A stretch of 20,000 nucleotides of DNA from an uncultured virus (IMG/VR IMGVR_UViG_3300037153_000398) (lineage: Duplodnaviria > Heunggongvirae > Uroviricota > Caudoviricetes): IMG/VR virus record IMGVR_UViG_3300037153_000398; one strand, 5' to 3'. A model generated the notes under the pieces. That model was not told the origin of the DNA. It did no database searches and saw only the letters and a list, made by a program, of their open reading frames with translations. Within the stretch, counting starts at the first letter, position 1. The number at the start of each line of letters is the position of its first letter. Both the position numbers and the translations under genes were made by a program. Positions 1 through 9,112 of this stretch are shown in pieces.

Positions 1-573
1 AAGGCCGGGCTCGCCTTGCGCACCGGCTTCGCCTTGCAAGCCGCGCTCGCCCTGCGGACCTTGCTCGCCGCGCTCGCCCTGCGCACCGGCCTCGCCGCGC
101 TCGCCGGCTTCACCGCGCTCGCCCGGATCGCCGGGCCGTCCCTCGATGCCGCGCACGCCAGCGGGGCCGGACTCGCCGCGCTCGCCGGCCGGGCCTTGCT
201 CTCCGGGCTCGCCACGGTCGCCAGCCGGACCACGCTCGCCGGGCTCGCCGGGCTCACCATGGTCGCCACGTTCGCCGCGCTCGCCGCGCTCGCCGGCAGG
301 CCCTTGCGGGCCGGTATCGCCGTTGCGCACCTGCGCCAGCCGGTCAAGCACGTCGCGCGATGTCGTGGCGCGCAGCTCGACGATGGTGGCGCGCAGCTCG
401 GCGATGGCAGCGTGCGCCTGCGCTTCGATCAGCGCCCGCTCACGCGCCCACTGATCGCGCTCTTCGCGCAGCACGTCACCAAGCGCCTCGCGCCACGCCT
501 CAAGCAATACGTCGGCGGCGGGACCGGGCGGCGGCTGCAATGACGTTTCGTGCTTCCCGTTGGATGTCGTCAC
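1..573 (-). CDS. Collagen-like protein with N-terminal helical segment (3' end beyond window)
   Basis: Not in the ORF track. Read by hand from GTG at 573: ...[32 protein letters not shown]..., then about 35 uninterrupted Gly-X-Y triplets ([18 protein letters not shown]...) from 321 to the edge. It overlaps the portal 3' end and the start codon is uncertain. Confidence 0.85.
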   Translation of the reverse strand, partial: MTTSNGKHETSLQPPPGPAADVLLEAWREALGDVLREERDQWARERALIEAQAHAAIAELRATIVELRATTSRDVLDRLAQVRNGDTGPQGPAGERGERGERGDHGEPGEPGERGPAGDRGEPGEQGPAGERGESGPAGVRGIEGRPGDPGERGEAGERGEAGAQGERGEQGPQGERGLQGEAGAQGEPGL

Positions 574-1936
574 GGCTTGGCCTGTTGTCGTTGCTGATCG
601 GCTGACCGCCAGCGGGCGGCGGTGCCGCTGGCGCGTTCGGTCCCGGCGCGCTCGGGATCGCGGCGGCAGCGGACAAGGGCACGACTTGTTGCTGCACACG
701 CGGCTCGCTGCCGTATGGAACGGCTTCAAGATTCTCTTGGGCACGCGCTTCGTTCGGCGCGTAGATGCCGCCCTGCACACCGCGCGCCAGCGACTCGATG
801 CGATCCTTCAGCGACGAGCGCAGCAGCGCATCGGTCGAGAATTCGACGTACTCATCGGGCTGGCCGGCGTTGAGCCCGAACAACAAACCGAAAGCTTCCT
901 CGATGTGATTGAGCGCAAAGCCGAGCCCGGTGGCAATCCATGACTGCATCAGCACTTCGGTCGAGCTGTAGGCCGTCGTCCCGAGCCCAAGAATTTGCAG
1001 CGGCACGCGATAGGCCAGCGCGACGTGCTGATCAGACAGCTTCATCATCTCGGCAATCTCGGCATCCTTGCCCGAGACGCCCCACGGCTGCACCTTCAAG
1101 CCTGCGGTCAGGATCGGCGTGCCGCCCGCGTAGATCGCCCTTGATTGCTCGTTCCAACGGTCGCGCAACGCTTGAACCTGATCCTTGTCGAGCACGAGGT
1201 CGGTCGACAGCACCGCCGAGGGTCGGGCCTGATTGTTGTAGAAGCCGACCTGTTGCTTCAACATCGCTTCCATCGTCAGCACGTCGCCATACGCCGCCAT
1301 CAGCGGCGTCTCGCCGACCAGCGGATACGGCCAGCGCGAGCGCGAGACGTGCAGACGGAAGTGCAGAACGTCGCGGGCGGGCACCAACACCGGCTCATTG
1401 CCGATGCGGTAGTTGACGACGTGATTGCCGCCCATGCGGTAGAAGACATCGCCGGTCGTTGCGACCTGCGGCCACGACAGCATCGGATTCATGATGTGCA
1501 GTTGGGCTATCTCGTAGCGCGCGTTGCGGATCGCCAGCGCGTAGCCGTTGCCCTGCAGATACATGCAGCGGACCATATTGAGCAAAAAGTCCGACGTGGT
1601 CTGATAATCGTTCGGCTGTTTGAGAATGCGCGACAGCGACGAAGTCGTGACGCGGTCGCGCCCGCCGTCGTCGCGCTTACGCCAATGATCGCCGGGGCAC
1701 ATAGCGATGGTCTGCGCGTAAGCCGAGATGCACGCTTCGACGATGGCAGACTGCGCGGTTTGCGGAATCGGCAGGCCCCCGCACTGCCACCAATTCCACA
1801 CGCTGCCGACTTCCTGCGGCAACCATCCGCCAGTTATCGGGAGCCACCACGGGCCGGGCGTGTAATCGCCATCCGCTCGCGTTCGCAAGCGGCCTAGCGC
1901 GCCAGCGGCCCGTGACAGCAATGCAGGCAGACGCAT
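500..1936 (-). CDS. Phage portal protein (HK97 family)
   Basis: Motifs [59 protein letters not shown] and [13 protein letters not shown] 1936 overlaps the upstream stop (TGATG), so it is preferred over the track start at 2128. Confidence 0.93.
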   Translation of the reverse strand: MRLPALLSRAAGALGRLRTRADGDYTPGPWWLPITGGWLPQEVGSVWNWWQCGGLPIPQTAQSAIVEACISAYAQTIAMCPGDHWRKRDDGGRDRVTTSSLSRILKQPNDYQTTSDFLLNMVRCMYLQGNGYALAIRNARYEIAQLHIMNPMLSWPQVATTGDVFYRMGGNHVVNYRIGNEPVLVPARDVLHFRLHVSRSRWPYPLVGETPLMAAYGDVLTMEAMLKQQVGFYNNQARPSAVLSTDLVLDKDQVQALRDRWNEQSRAIYAGGTPILTAGLKVQPWGVSGKDAEIAEMMKLSDQHVALAYRVPLQILGLGTTAYSSTEVLMQSWIATGLGFALNHIEEAFGLLFGLNAGQPDEYVEFSTDALLRSSLKDRIESLARGVQGGIYAPNEARAQENLEAVPYGSEPRVQQQVVPLSAAAAIPSAPGPNAPAAPPPAGGQPISNDNRPSRDDIQREARNVIAAAARSRRRRIA

Positions 1937-2265
1937 CAGCTCGACGCCCCGCCGTGATGTTGCGTCCCGCGCGACGGGCCTGGACCTGCGGTGCGGGTCT
2001 GGTAGCCGGCGTCCGGCTTGTTGCCGGCCGGCTCCAAGGCCCGCGCGTTGCGCAGGACGGCAGGGTCGGGACCGCTGCCGTCGTCTTCCTTGTGCGCCAC
2101 GCTCGCACCACACGCCGCAAGATCGCACTCTTGCTGCGTCGGCGTCGGCTTGACGTTTTGCCGCTTCGTCACGGCCTCGACCGTCTTTTCCTTGTCGGCG
2201 GTCGACTTCGCGACTTGCTCCTTCGCGGCGGCGTCGTGCTTCTCCTGCACGTCTTTGTCAGCCAT
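1936..2265 (-). CDS. Hypothetical head-cluster protein (109 aa)
   Basis: Strong RBS (AAAGGAAGG) upstream. It lies between capsid and portal and is coupled to the portal start. Contains KPTPTQQECDLAA..EDDGSGPDP. Confidence 0.8.
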   Translation of the reverse strand: MADKDVQEKHDAAAKEQVAKSTADKEKTVEAVTKRQNVKPTPTQQECDLAACGASVAHKEDDGSGPDPAVLRNARALEPAGNKPDAGYQTRTAGPGPSRGTQHHGGASS

Positions 2266-2344
2266 GAGTAACCTTCCTTTCTAGGCTGCAGCCTCTTTTA
2301 GAATGGTCGCGGGCTTGCGTTGTTTTTGTTGTTTGTTTGGTCGC

Positions 2345-4879
2345 TTAGGCCCACGTCACTCCGGACATCCACTGCACCATGCCGGGACGGCGGTAGGCCC
2401 AGTTCATCGGTAGCAGCATTCGAACGCCAATCGTATCCGTCTGCCAGAGCGAACGAGTCGGAACGGCAGGGACAGGCGTGCCGGTGGTGCCGCCGATGAT
2501 GGCGAGCGGAGCCGTATCTTCCATGTGAAGGACAGCCTGATCGCTCACGTCGAAGCGCGGAGCGGCTTCGGTGACGCTGGCGAAGTCAGCGCAGTCCAAG
2601 AGGATCATCGTGCCCGCCGGCACGCTTGCCGACTTCACGATGGGGAACGACATCAACGTGCCGCGCGCGATTTCCTCGCGGAACGGCAGGATGCCGACAG
2701 TGGTCGGAGTCAACGCCGCAGCCGCGACCAGGGACGGCGACATCAGCCACACCGGATCGCGCAGATTGCCCAACGTCGACACATTCAACGCATCGATTAG
2801 CAACTTGATGTCGCCGATCAGCGCGTTGATGCCGCCGCCAGCGGTCGGCGTCAGCCCGGTGGTGCCGTTGAGCAGGCCGGGCGGCCGGACGGCGGTCGCC
2901 GCGTTCTGGTCGAGCAACACGCTATCGAGCGAGATGGCCGTGTCGTTGGTGATCGCTTCGCGGATCAGCCCTTCGATGGCCGGCGTCGAGTGTTCGGCCA
3001 GCTCGCGGGTGAAGGTCGAGATGACGGCCATCTTTTTGGGCGTCAACTGGACGGTCGCGAACGCGCCTTGACGCACCGGGATGGGCGCGCCTTCGCCGAC
3101 GAACGAGCCGGCGATTTGCGGCGTCTGATTACGCATCGGCAGGTTGATCACGCCGTTGCGTCCGAAGGTGAAGCTCTGGCCGCGTCGCGCAATCTCGGGG
3201 AAGACCGAGAACGGCAACAGGGCTTCGATGAAGTCCGTCCACACCTGCGTCACGAGTTCGGCCGCCCATCCCGGCGCAACGATGGTCGCCGGCACGGAAG
3301 CGTTGCGCGTGACAAGGTTCATCACGGTGCGCGTCGCTTCGTCCTCGCCGTAGTGCTCTTTCAGGATTTCGAGGATCGGGCGCTTGTGCTGTTCGTGATG
3401 GTGGATGACCTGCAGAGTGAGCGCGCGCCACATGTAGTCTTGCGGCCGAACCTTCTTCGCAGGGATGGCGAACGGACGCGGGTGAGCGACCGCAAGGGTG
3501 CCTTCACCGCCACCACCGCCGCCGTTCTGATACAGCATGACGTTGCGGGCCTCGATGTGCTCGGGGCCGACACTCGCCACCGCAAGACGCGCTTCGGCTT
3601 CCTGCAAGGTCGCCAGCGTCTTGTCTTCCTGTGCGATCCGCGCGTTCAGCTCTTGCGTGGTCGCCATATCGGCGTCGCTGACGTTTTCGTCATTGACGTT
3701 TTTCAGATGCTCCGTGAGTTGGTCCTGATAGCGCACCAATCGCTGTTGCGATGCCTGGATGCGCTGGCCCAACGGCGAATTGCCGTTCATGGCTCGTCTC
3801 TCAAAGCGAGAGGGGTCGTGGCGGGCTTGCCGGTGGTTTCGCCGACGACGCGCGCTATCGCCTTGTTTGCTGCCGGGCTTGGCAAAGACGATGTCGAGCG
3901 TTGCGGACGAAATGTTGAGAGACTTCGCAACAGACAAAGCGTTCGGATTGGCCGGAACGCTGACCAGCGAAGTCTCGACTAGCTCTTGTTTCAGATACCG
4001 CTCGCCGCCGAAGGGGTTGCCCTTTTGCAGCGGCTCGGATTCGAGCGCGCGGAATCCGACCGACACCGCCTTGAGGATGCCGGCGTCGATCAGCTTGCGG
4101 ATTTCATCGATGCGCGGCGACGTGCCGGCCGGCGCGAGCTGCAGATGGCCGCGCAGCGCGCCCTTGTCGACGCGCAGATTGGCCCATTTGCCAATCGGAA
4201 AATCCGAGTGATGGTTGAACAGCGCGATGGGATTTTTCTTGAAGTTCTCCAAATCCCATCCGGTCGCCGAGATGATGTCGCCCAGGCGGTCGGGCGTTTC
4301 GTCGGACAGAATGAATTCCATCCCGTTGACGGTTTCGGCGTGCGTCTTGTGGCGCACGCGGTTGCCGGCGAACGTGTGCAGCCCGCCCGGCCGGCCGGGG
4401 ATGCTGGCCTCTTCCCACATGATCGAGCAGCGGTCGGTCGCGGCGTCTTCGTCGATGTCGTCGTCTTGCTCCATCAAGGCGTTGACGCAGTCGTCCATCC
4501 AGTCGTCGTAATCGTCGACATCCGGATCGGGCGGCTCGACTTGTTTGAGATGCTTGCCGGTGGGATCGGACGTGTCCCACATCAGCCGGCAGTATTCGTT
4601 GGCCGCGTCCTGCGCCATGCCGCTGGTCATGCAATTGAGCACGCAGCGCGACATGAAGCCGGCTTGATCCTCGCCGTTGCTCGGCGCGTCCTGTTTGACC
4701 TTGGCGTTGAGCACGCCCTTTGGCTTCGGCTCGCCCTTTTCGTCGCGCCACATCGTCAGACACGCGGCGACGGCCTGATCCTGCGGGCGCTTCTGGCCAC
4801 CGTCCTGCCCCATCATCTCGGGCACGCAGCGGCGCATCCAATCGTCTTGCTTTTCGTCTTTACCGGGCTTGATTGGCAT
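2345..4879 (-). CDS. Fused HK97-type prohead protease (S78-like) and major capsid protein
   Basis: Protease motifs FILSDETPDRLGDII, NPIALFNH, AVSVGF and ETSLVSVPANPNA, then a coiled-coil delta-like region and capsid motifs (FVGEGAPIP, LTPKKMAVISTFTRELAE, SLWQTDTIGVRM). The probable start is ATG 4879 (GGAG RBS), but the frame is open up to 5272. A possible internal capsid start lies at 3790. Confidence 0.92.
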   Translation of the reverse strand: MPIKPGKDEKQDDWMRRCVPEMMGQDGGQKRPQDQAVAACLTMWRDEKGEPKPKGVLNAKVKQDAPSNGEDQAGFMSRCVLNCMTSGMAQDAANEYCRLMWDTSDPTGKHLKQVEPPDPDVDDYDDWMDDCVNALMEQDDDIDEDAATDRCSIMWEEASIPGRPGGLHTFAGNRVRHKTHAETVNGMEFILSDETPDRLGDIISATGWDLENFKKNPIALFNHHSDFPIGKWANLRVDKGALRGHLQLAPAGTSPRIDEIRKLIDAGILKAVSVGFRALESEPLQKGNPFGGERYLKQELVETSLVSVPANPNALSVAKSLNISSATLDIVFAKPGSKQGDSARRRRNHRQARHDPSRFERRAMNGNSPLGQRIQASQQRLVRYQDQLTEHLKNVNDENVSDADMATTQELNARIAQEDKTLATLQEAEARLAVASVGPEHIEARNVMLYQNGGGGGGEGTLAVAHPRPFAIPAKKVRPQDYMWRALTLQVIHHHEQHKRPILEILKEHYGEDEATRTVMNLVTRNASVPATIVAPGWAAELVTQVWTDFIEALLPFSVFPEIARRGQSFTFGRNGVINLPMRNQTPQIAGSFVGEGAPIPVRQGAFATVQLTPKKMAVISTFTRELAEHSTPAIEGLIREAITNDTAISLDSVLLDQNAATAVRPPGLLNGTTGLTPTAGGGINALIGDIKLLIDALNVSTLGNLRDPVWLMSPSLVAAAALTPTTVGILPFREEIARGTLMSFPIVKSASVPAGTMILLDCADFASVTEAAPRFDVSDQAVLHMEDTAPLAIIGGTTGTPVPAVPTRSLWQTDTIGVRMLLPMNWAYRRPGMVQWMSGVTWA

Positions 4880-5272
4880 GACGCTCTCCACAAGGTTGGC
4901 GTCGCCGGTCCCCTTCAGCGTCACAGTGTTTGTTTGGTCGCGCGGTTGGCTGCCGCGCAGCTTGAGCAAACGGGCGGCTTCGGCGCGGATCGCCGACCAC
5001 GACTGCTGCACCGGGCCGCCGCTCGGGCCGCCGCTGCTGCCGCCGCCGTTGTCGCCGCCACCGCCGCCGCCCTTCGGCTTCGGCGCGATCCGCGCGAGCT
5101 GCGCTGGCGTGATGCCAAGCCGCAGCGCGACGGCGTCGCTGGCGGCCTTGGCCGCCGCGTCATCGCCATCGTTCAAGATCGGGTTGTGCAGGTCCGCGTC
5201 GCGGCGCTGGTCGTTCTGTTCGTAGAAGAATTCTTGCGCCGGACTACTTTTTCGCTTTGCCGACGTAGGCAT
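4880..5272 (-). CDS. 131-codon segment in frame with the protease-capsid gene (small protein or N-terminal extension)
   Basis: ATG 5272 overlaps the end of the 794-aa gene. The first ~65 aa look like a small helical domain, followed by a Gly/Ser linker. There is no stop before 4879. Confidence 0.5.
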
Positions 5273-7628
5273 TAAAGCGGTCCATCGTCTCGCGGTCGTG
5301 AAGGTCTATGACGCCGTTCCAGTCGGTGCCGAGCAGCAGGTCTTTGCCGTGCGCGGAATCGGCAATCGACCAAATCGCTTTCGGGTCGCCGCTATCGGCA
5401 AGGTCGCGAAGCACGCTGGCTTCGTCTTCGTCGATGTCGCCCGAGTCAGTCTCGACGTTGGGCAGCTCGCCGTTGTTGGACGCCCACCGAAACTTGTCGC
5501 GGTCGCTCATCGCATCCCACGACTCGTTCTGAAAATCATCGACGCTGTCGCTGAAGTCTGGCGGGTCGACATCGCTGCGGTCGCGCTCGGCCTGATCGTT
5601 GAAGGCGTCGACCAGCGCGCCCTCGATGTCGTGGCGCATGTCGTCGGTCAGCTTGTCGCGGTCGGCTTCGGGCAGCGCCGTTTCGTCAATGGTGATGTCC
5701 GGATCGGCGCGGCCGTCGTCGTAGCGGTCGCTGTAGTCGCCGACCGACAAGGCATCGTGAATTTGCTGATCGCTAAACGGGATGGCGTCGGCGCGGCCGG
5801 CGCGCAGCTTGTCGAGCGCGGCCGACATCCACTTCGGCGGCTCGTTGGCGTCGGCGAGCGCCTGCGTCAGATTTTCCTTGGCTTGGTGCAGGTCGCCGCC
5901 GTTGTCGCGCCAATTGTCCGCTTCGCTCTGTTCGAATTCGTCGCGCGTGTCGCGCTTCCAGGCGTCGCGAACATTGTCTTGCTGATCGCTTGTCAGCTCA
6001 TCCCAACTCGACGGCTCGTAGCCGCCACCGCCGCCGATCTTGTCGCGGATGTCCGACGACAAGCTGGACCACGAATCGTCGGTCGGGACGTAACCATACT
6101 TGGCCCAGGCATAGCCGCCGACATCGATGTCGGCATGGACTTCGACTTCGTCGAGCCCGAGTTTTTGGTACATGTCGACATTGGCCTTGAGCACCTGCTT
6201 TCCGATGTCGCCGCCCGTGTGGCCGTGATTGAGCGCGAAATAATCGCTCGATGCTTTGTTGTTAAGAAAATCGATGGTGCGCGTGTAGGTGCCGATGCTG
6301 TTGCCGTTCTCTTTGTCGAGAATCTTGCCGTTGATCGAAATGTTGTTCTCGTAAGGCTCGGCGTGCTCGGAGTCGTAATTAAAATTGACCCGCATGGTGC
6401 AGGGCACGTTGCCCATGAAGTCTTTCTTGAATTGCTCGGGCGCTTCGGCGACGTGCGCATCCCACTCTTCGAGAAATTTTTTCGACTTCTCCGGATCGCT
6501 GGTCGTGTCGGAATCAACTTCGACCTTGCCCTTGCTGAAGTCGGCCATCTCGATAGGCGTCTTCACGGGCGGCAGCTCGGGGAAGAGCCCCGGAAACATC
6601 TCCATCTGCGTCATCGCCGTCGTCGGCGCGACGGGCTTGGGCTCGGCTGCTGCGGCGTGCGTGTCGTCGAGCGCCTTCAGGGCTGCGGTCTGCGCCGCGA
6701 TGCCCTCTTCGTAGGTCGCGACCGGCTTGCCATCGCCGCGCTTGTATTCCTGCGCGTGCGCCGGGTCGTAGACCATGAAGACAACATCGGGCTTGCCGTT
6801 GTTGAATTCCTTGAACGTCTCCGCATTCCAGCCGGCCGGCGCGAATTTCGGATTGAACGGCAACCGCGCGACGGCGCGGAATCCGGATCGGCTGTAGAGC
6901 TTCGGCAGCACGGTATCGAAGGCGTCGAGCCTGCGCCCGCCGTTCTGCGTCGCCAGTGCCAGCGCCGACTGCGCAAAGCCGGTGAGCTGCGCGCCGGGAT
7001 GCTTGAAGACCGACACGATGTTGTCGTCGGCGAGCGCGAAGCCGGCCTTGCCGTCCGACGTGAGGAACGGCCGCATGAAGGCGTATTCGGCACCGGAATG
7101 CGCTTCGACCGACGCGCCGTAGGGATTGGCCGCTTGCGCCGCCTTGATGGCGTCCTCGAAGCGACCCGCGCCTTGCGTCGGTTTTAGTTCGTGAAAAGTG
7201 ACCGGCGTGCGCCCGGTCGCCTGCCAGTCCGCGCGCGCGGGACCATGCAGCGACCAGACGGTTTTTACATCCCCGCTGCCTTCAGCATTTCCAGGGCCTT
7301 TTCCGCTGAAAGCCCCGGCGTATCCCGCATAACGGCCTCCACCAACTTCCGGTCGGCCGGATGCAGGTTCGCCAGCGGATGCGGCTCCGTCGTCGGCAGC
7401 AGCGGCTTCGCTTCCGCCGTCGCCGTCACTTCCGCCGCCGCCTCCCGTCCATTGGCCATGTTCGTCTCGCGGTTCGCCCGGATCAAAGCCGGCGCGCAGC
7501 TTGAGAAGCTGCGCAGACTCGGCGCGGATCGCCGCCCATTGGCGGGCGCGGTCATCGCCGTCTGTAATATGGGGCGACGCGCCGGGCAAGCCACGGGCGC
7601 GGCCCGGCTCGGGCAAGGCCGTTTGCAC
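5244..7628 (-). CDS. Large multidomain protein with PRDxxGxW motif and two GNAT-like domains (putative virion-associated effector)
   Basis: GTG start with AAGGGA RBS; FDPGEPRDEHGQWTGGGG motif. Domain 1 (~6760-7080): GGRRLDAFDTVLPKLYSRSGFRAV. Domain 2 (~6080-6300): HTGGDIGKQVLKANVDMYQKLGLDEVEVHADIDVGGYAWAKYGY. The C-terminal third is very acidic. Confidence 0.7.
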   Translation of the reverse strand: MQTALPEPGRARGLPGASPHITDGDDRARQWAAIRAESAQLLKLRAGFDPGEPRDEHGQWTGGGGGSDGDGGSEAAAADDGAASAGEPASGRPEVGGGRYAGYAGAFSGKGPGNAEGSGDVKTVWSLHGPARADWQATGRTPVTFHELKPTQGAGRFEDAIKAAQAANPYGASVEAHSGAEYAFMRPFLTSDGKAGFALADDNIVSVFKHPGAQLTGFAQSALALATQNGGRRLDAFDTVLPKLYSRSGFRAVARLPFNPKFAPAGWNAETFKEFNNGKPDVVFMVYDPAHAQEYKRGDGKPVATYEEGIAAQTAALKALDDTHAAAAEPKPVAPTTAMTQMEMFPGLFPELPPVKTPIEMADFSKGKVEVDSDTTSDPEKSKKFLEEWDAHVAEAPEQFKKDFMGNVPCTMRVNFNYDSEHAEPYENNISINGKILDKENGNSIGTYTRTIDFLNNKASSDYFALNHGHTGGDIGKQVLKANVDMYQKLGLDEVEVHADIDVGGYAWAKYGYVPTDDSWSSLSSDIRDKIGGGGGYEPSSWDELTSDQQDNVRDAWKRDTRDEFEQSEADNWRDNGGDLHQAKENLTQALADANEPPKWMSAALDKLRAGRADAIPFSDQQIHDALSVGDYSDRYDDGRADPDITIDETALPEADRDKLTDDMRHDIEGALVDAFNDQAERDRSDVDPPDFSDSVDDFQNESWDAMSDRDKFRWASNNGELPNVETDSGDIDEDEASVLRDLADSGDPKAIWSIADSAHGKDLLLGTDWNGVIDLHDRETMDRFNAYVGKAKK
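7265..7459 (-). CDS. Candidate nested 64-aa ORF in an alternative frame of the 794-aa gene
   Basis: MANGREAAAE...HPADRKLVEAVMRDTPGLSAEKALEMLKAAGM*. The C-terminus is helical and protein-like, while the host frame here is a Gly/Ala low-complexity linker. The RBS is weak. Confidence 0.45.
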   Translation of the reverse strand: MANGREAAAEVTATAEAKPLLPTTEPHPLANLHPADRKLVEAVMRDTPGLSAEKALEMLKAAGM

Positions 7629-7684
7629 GTCCGAATTCCCTTGTTTTTCAGCGGTTCCGCCAAGGCAATAAAGATCGTGGCCGC

Positions 7685-7742
7685 CTTGAAGGGGCCATTT
7701 TGGCCCCCCATATTATTCCTTGGAAGGGGCCATATAGGTCCC
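7685..7742 (+). promoter_or_regulatory. Putative promoter of the plus-strand operon with two operator-like palindromes
   Basis: TTGAAG(7686)-N17-CATATT(7709), also readable as CTTGAA-N15-CCCCATAT (RpoH-like). Palindrome GGGGCCATTTTGGCCCC at 7691-7707 and a degenerate copy GGGGCCATATAGGTCCC at 7726-7742. Confidence 0.6.
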
Positions 7743-7895
7743 TGGTTCACCGCCGGACACGGCCCCTTCGCGGCCTTTGCAAGTCCGGTGCGCCTCTCCA
7801 AGCCGTCAGCCCGCCGAAGCCAGTAGGCCAAAGGAAGATCGGGAAACGCGCCGTGAGAAGCCCCGTCTAATACGAGGCGGACTCCAACAAGACAC

Positions 7896-7986
7896 CACTG
7901 ACGGCGGCGCGCGGATCGCGCCGTCTCACAGTGTTGCACTTGCAATGCTCGCCGCGACACGCGGCGTTCTCAAACGGAGTCACACA
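7896..7986 (+). repeat. Structured intergenic leader element, copy A (divergent)
   Basis: CACTG..GC stem..CAGTG; alternative stem AGTGTTGC/GCAATGCT; hairpin CGCCGCG-ACA-CGCGGCG; AACGGAGTCAC at 7973-7983. Confidence 0.7.
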
Positions 7987-9012
7987 ATGGAAACCGCAAA
8001 CATCCTCGAAAATCTTTTCGAGGTCAGCATGGACCGCGCTGCGATCCTGTTGCGGCACTACACCGACGCGGGCCAGCCGGTTTTTCTTTGGGGCAAGCCC
8101 GGCATCGGCAAGACCGACATCGCGCATCAGCTCGGCGCGGAGACGAAGCGCAAGGTCATCGAATTCCATGCCGCGCTACGCGAGCCGGTCGACGTGCGCG
8201 GCGTGCCGAGCGTGGTCAACGGCCTGACACGCTGGAACGTGCCCGACGAATTGCCGCGCGTCGAGCGCGACGGCGAAGAGGGCTATCTGTTCCTCGACGA
8301 ATACAATCAAGCCTCGCTGCAGATGCAGTCGGTGCTTGGCGGGCTGGTCCTCTACGGCACGGTCGGCGACTACCGGCTGCCGAAAGGCTGGCGCATCATT
8401 GCGGCGGGCAATCGCGTCAGCGACCGCGCCGCTGCGCAACGGATGCCCTCGCACATCAAGGGCCGCTTCGTTCACATCGCGTGCGTCGCGAACGTCAAGG
8501 CGTGGGCCGATTGGGCGACCAAAAACGGCGTCGCCCCGGAAGTCGTCGCCTTCGTTCGCTTCCGGCCCGAGCTGCTGCACCGGATGCCGCGCGGCGACGA
8601 AGCGGCATATCCGTCGCCCCGCACTATCGTTCGCGCCGCCAAGCATGTGAATGCGCCGGCCGAGATTCGTCAGCAACTCTTCGCAGGCGCAATCGGCTGC
8701 GATGTCGCTGGCGAGCTGGAAGGCTACATTCGGCTTTATCGCTCCATCGGGACGCTCGAAGACATCGTCGCGCATCCTGACACGGCGACCATCCCGACCG
8801 AGCCGTCCGAACGGTACGCGGTCTGCACCGGGCTCGCGCGTCTCGCGACGCGAAAGAACTTCAGCAACATCATCAAATACGCCGACCGCTTGGCCGGCGA
8901 GCCGAAGATGTTGCTCGTTCACGACGCCACCACGCGCGACCCGTCGCTGAAAGAGACGGCCCATTACTCGAAGTGGGCGGTCGAGAACGGCGACATGATC
9001 CTGCAGTCGTGA
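7987..9012 (+). CDS. AAA+ ATPase (MoxR/AAA_5-like)
   Basis: Walker A WGKPGIGKT, Walker B LFLDEYNQ, IIAAGNR and PSPRT. ATG 7987 follows the GGAG RBS motif. Confidence 0.9.
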   Translation: METANILENLFEVSMDRAAILLRHYTDAGQPVFLWGKPGIGKTDIAHQLGAETKRKVIEFHAALREPVDVRGVPSVVNGLTRWNVPDELPRVERDGEEGYLFLDEYNQASLQMQSVLGGLVLYGTVGDYRLPKGWRIIAAGNRVSDRAAAQRMPSHIKGRFVHIACVANVKAWADWATKNGVAPEVVAFVRFRPELLHRMPRGDEAAYPSPRTIVRAAKHVNAPAEIRQQLFAGAIGCDVAGELEGYIRLYRSIGTLEDIVAHPDTATIPTEPSERYAVCTGLARLATRKNFSNIIKYADRLAGEPKMLLVHDATTRDPSLKETAHYSKWAVENGDMILQS

Positions 9013-9112
9013 TGATCGCTACAGGCCGGCGCTTCGTTGCGCCGGCCGATAGTGTTCACCCGAACGCTGCCCGGCAAACGGGCCTTTCAACTTCCAACGG
9101 AGTCACACAACA
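9013..9112 (+). repeat. Structured intergenic leader element, copy B
   Basis: TGATCGCTA-CA-GGCCGGCGC-loop-GCGCCGGCC-GA-TAGTGTTCA; alternative partner GAACGCT; hairpin GCCCG/CGGGC; AACGGAGTCAC at 9096-9106. Confidence 0.9.

Noticed and set aside
1..321. 9-bp periodic GC-rich repeats as a non-coding tandem repeat; plus-strand ORFs 16..543 and 146..454
   Set aside because: Fully explained by Gly-X-Y codons of the minus-strand collagen-like gene.
5298..7187. Long plus-strand ORF (629 aa) and similar antisense ORFs (2990..3982, 3986..5275, 8176..8964, 9131..9910, 10501..11385)
   Set aside because: Antisense shadows of real genes in high-GC DNA, with no motifs or RBS.
7777..7986. N-terminal extensions of track ORFs (AAA from 7777, vWA from 9919, 12547, 13713, 14500, portal from 2128)
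   Set aside because: They run through structured leaders, promoters or upstream genes. Downstream ATGs with a clear RBS or stop-start coupling fit better.
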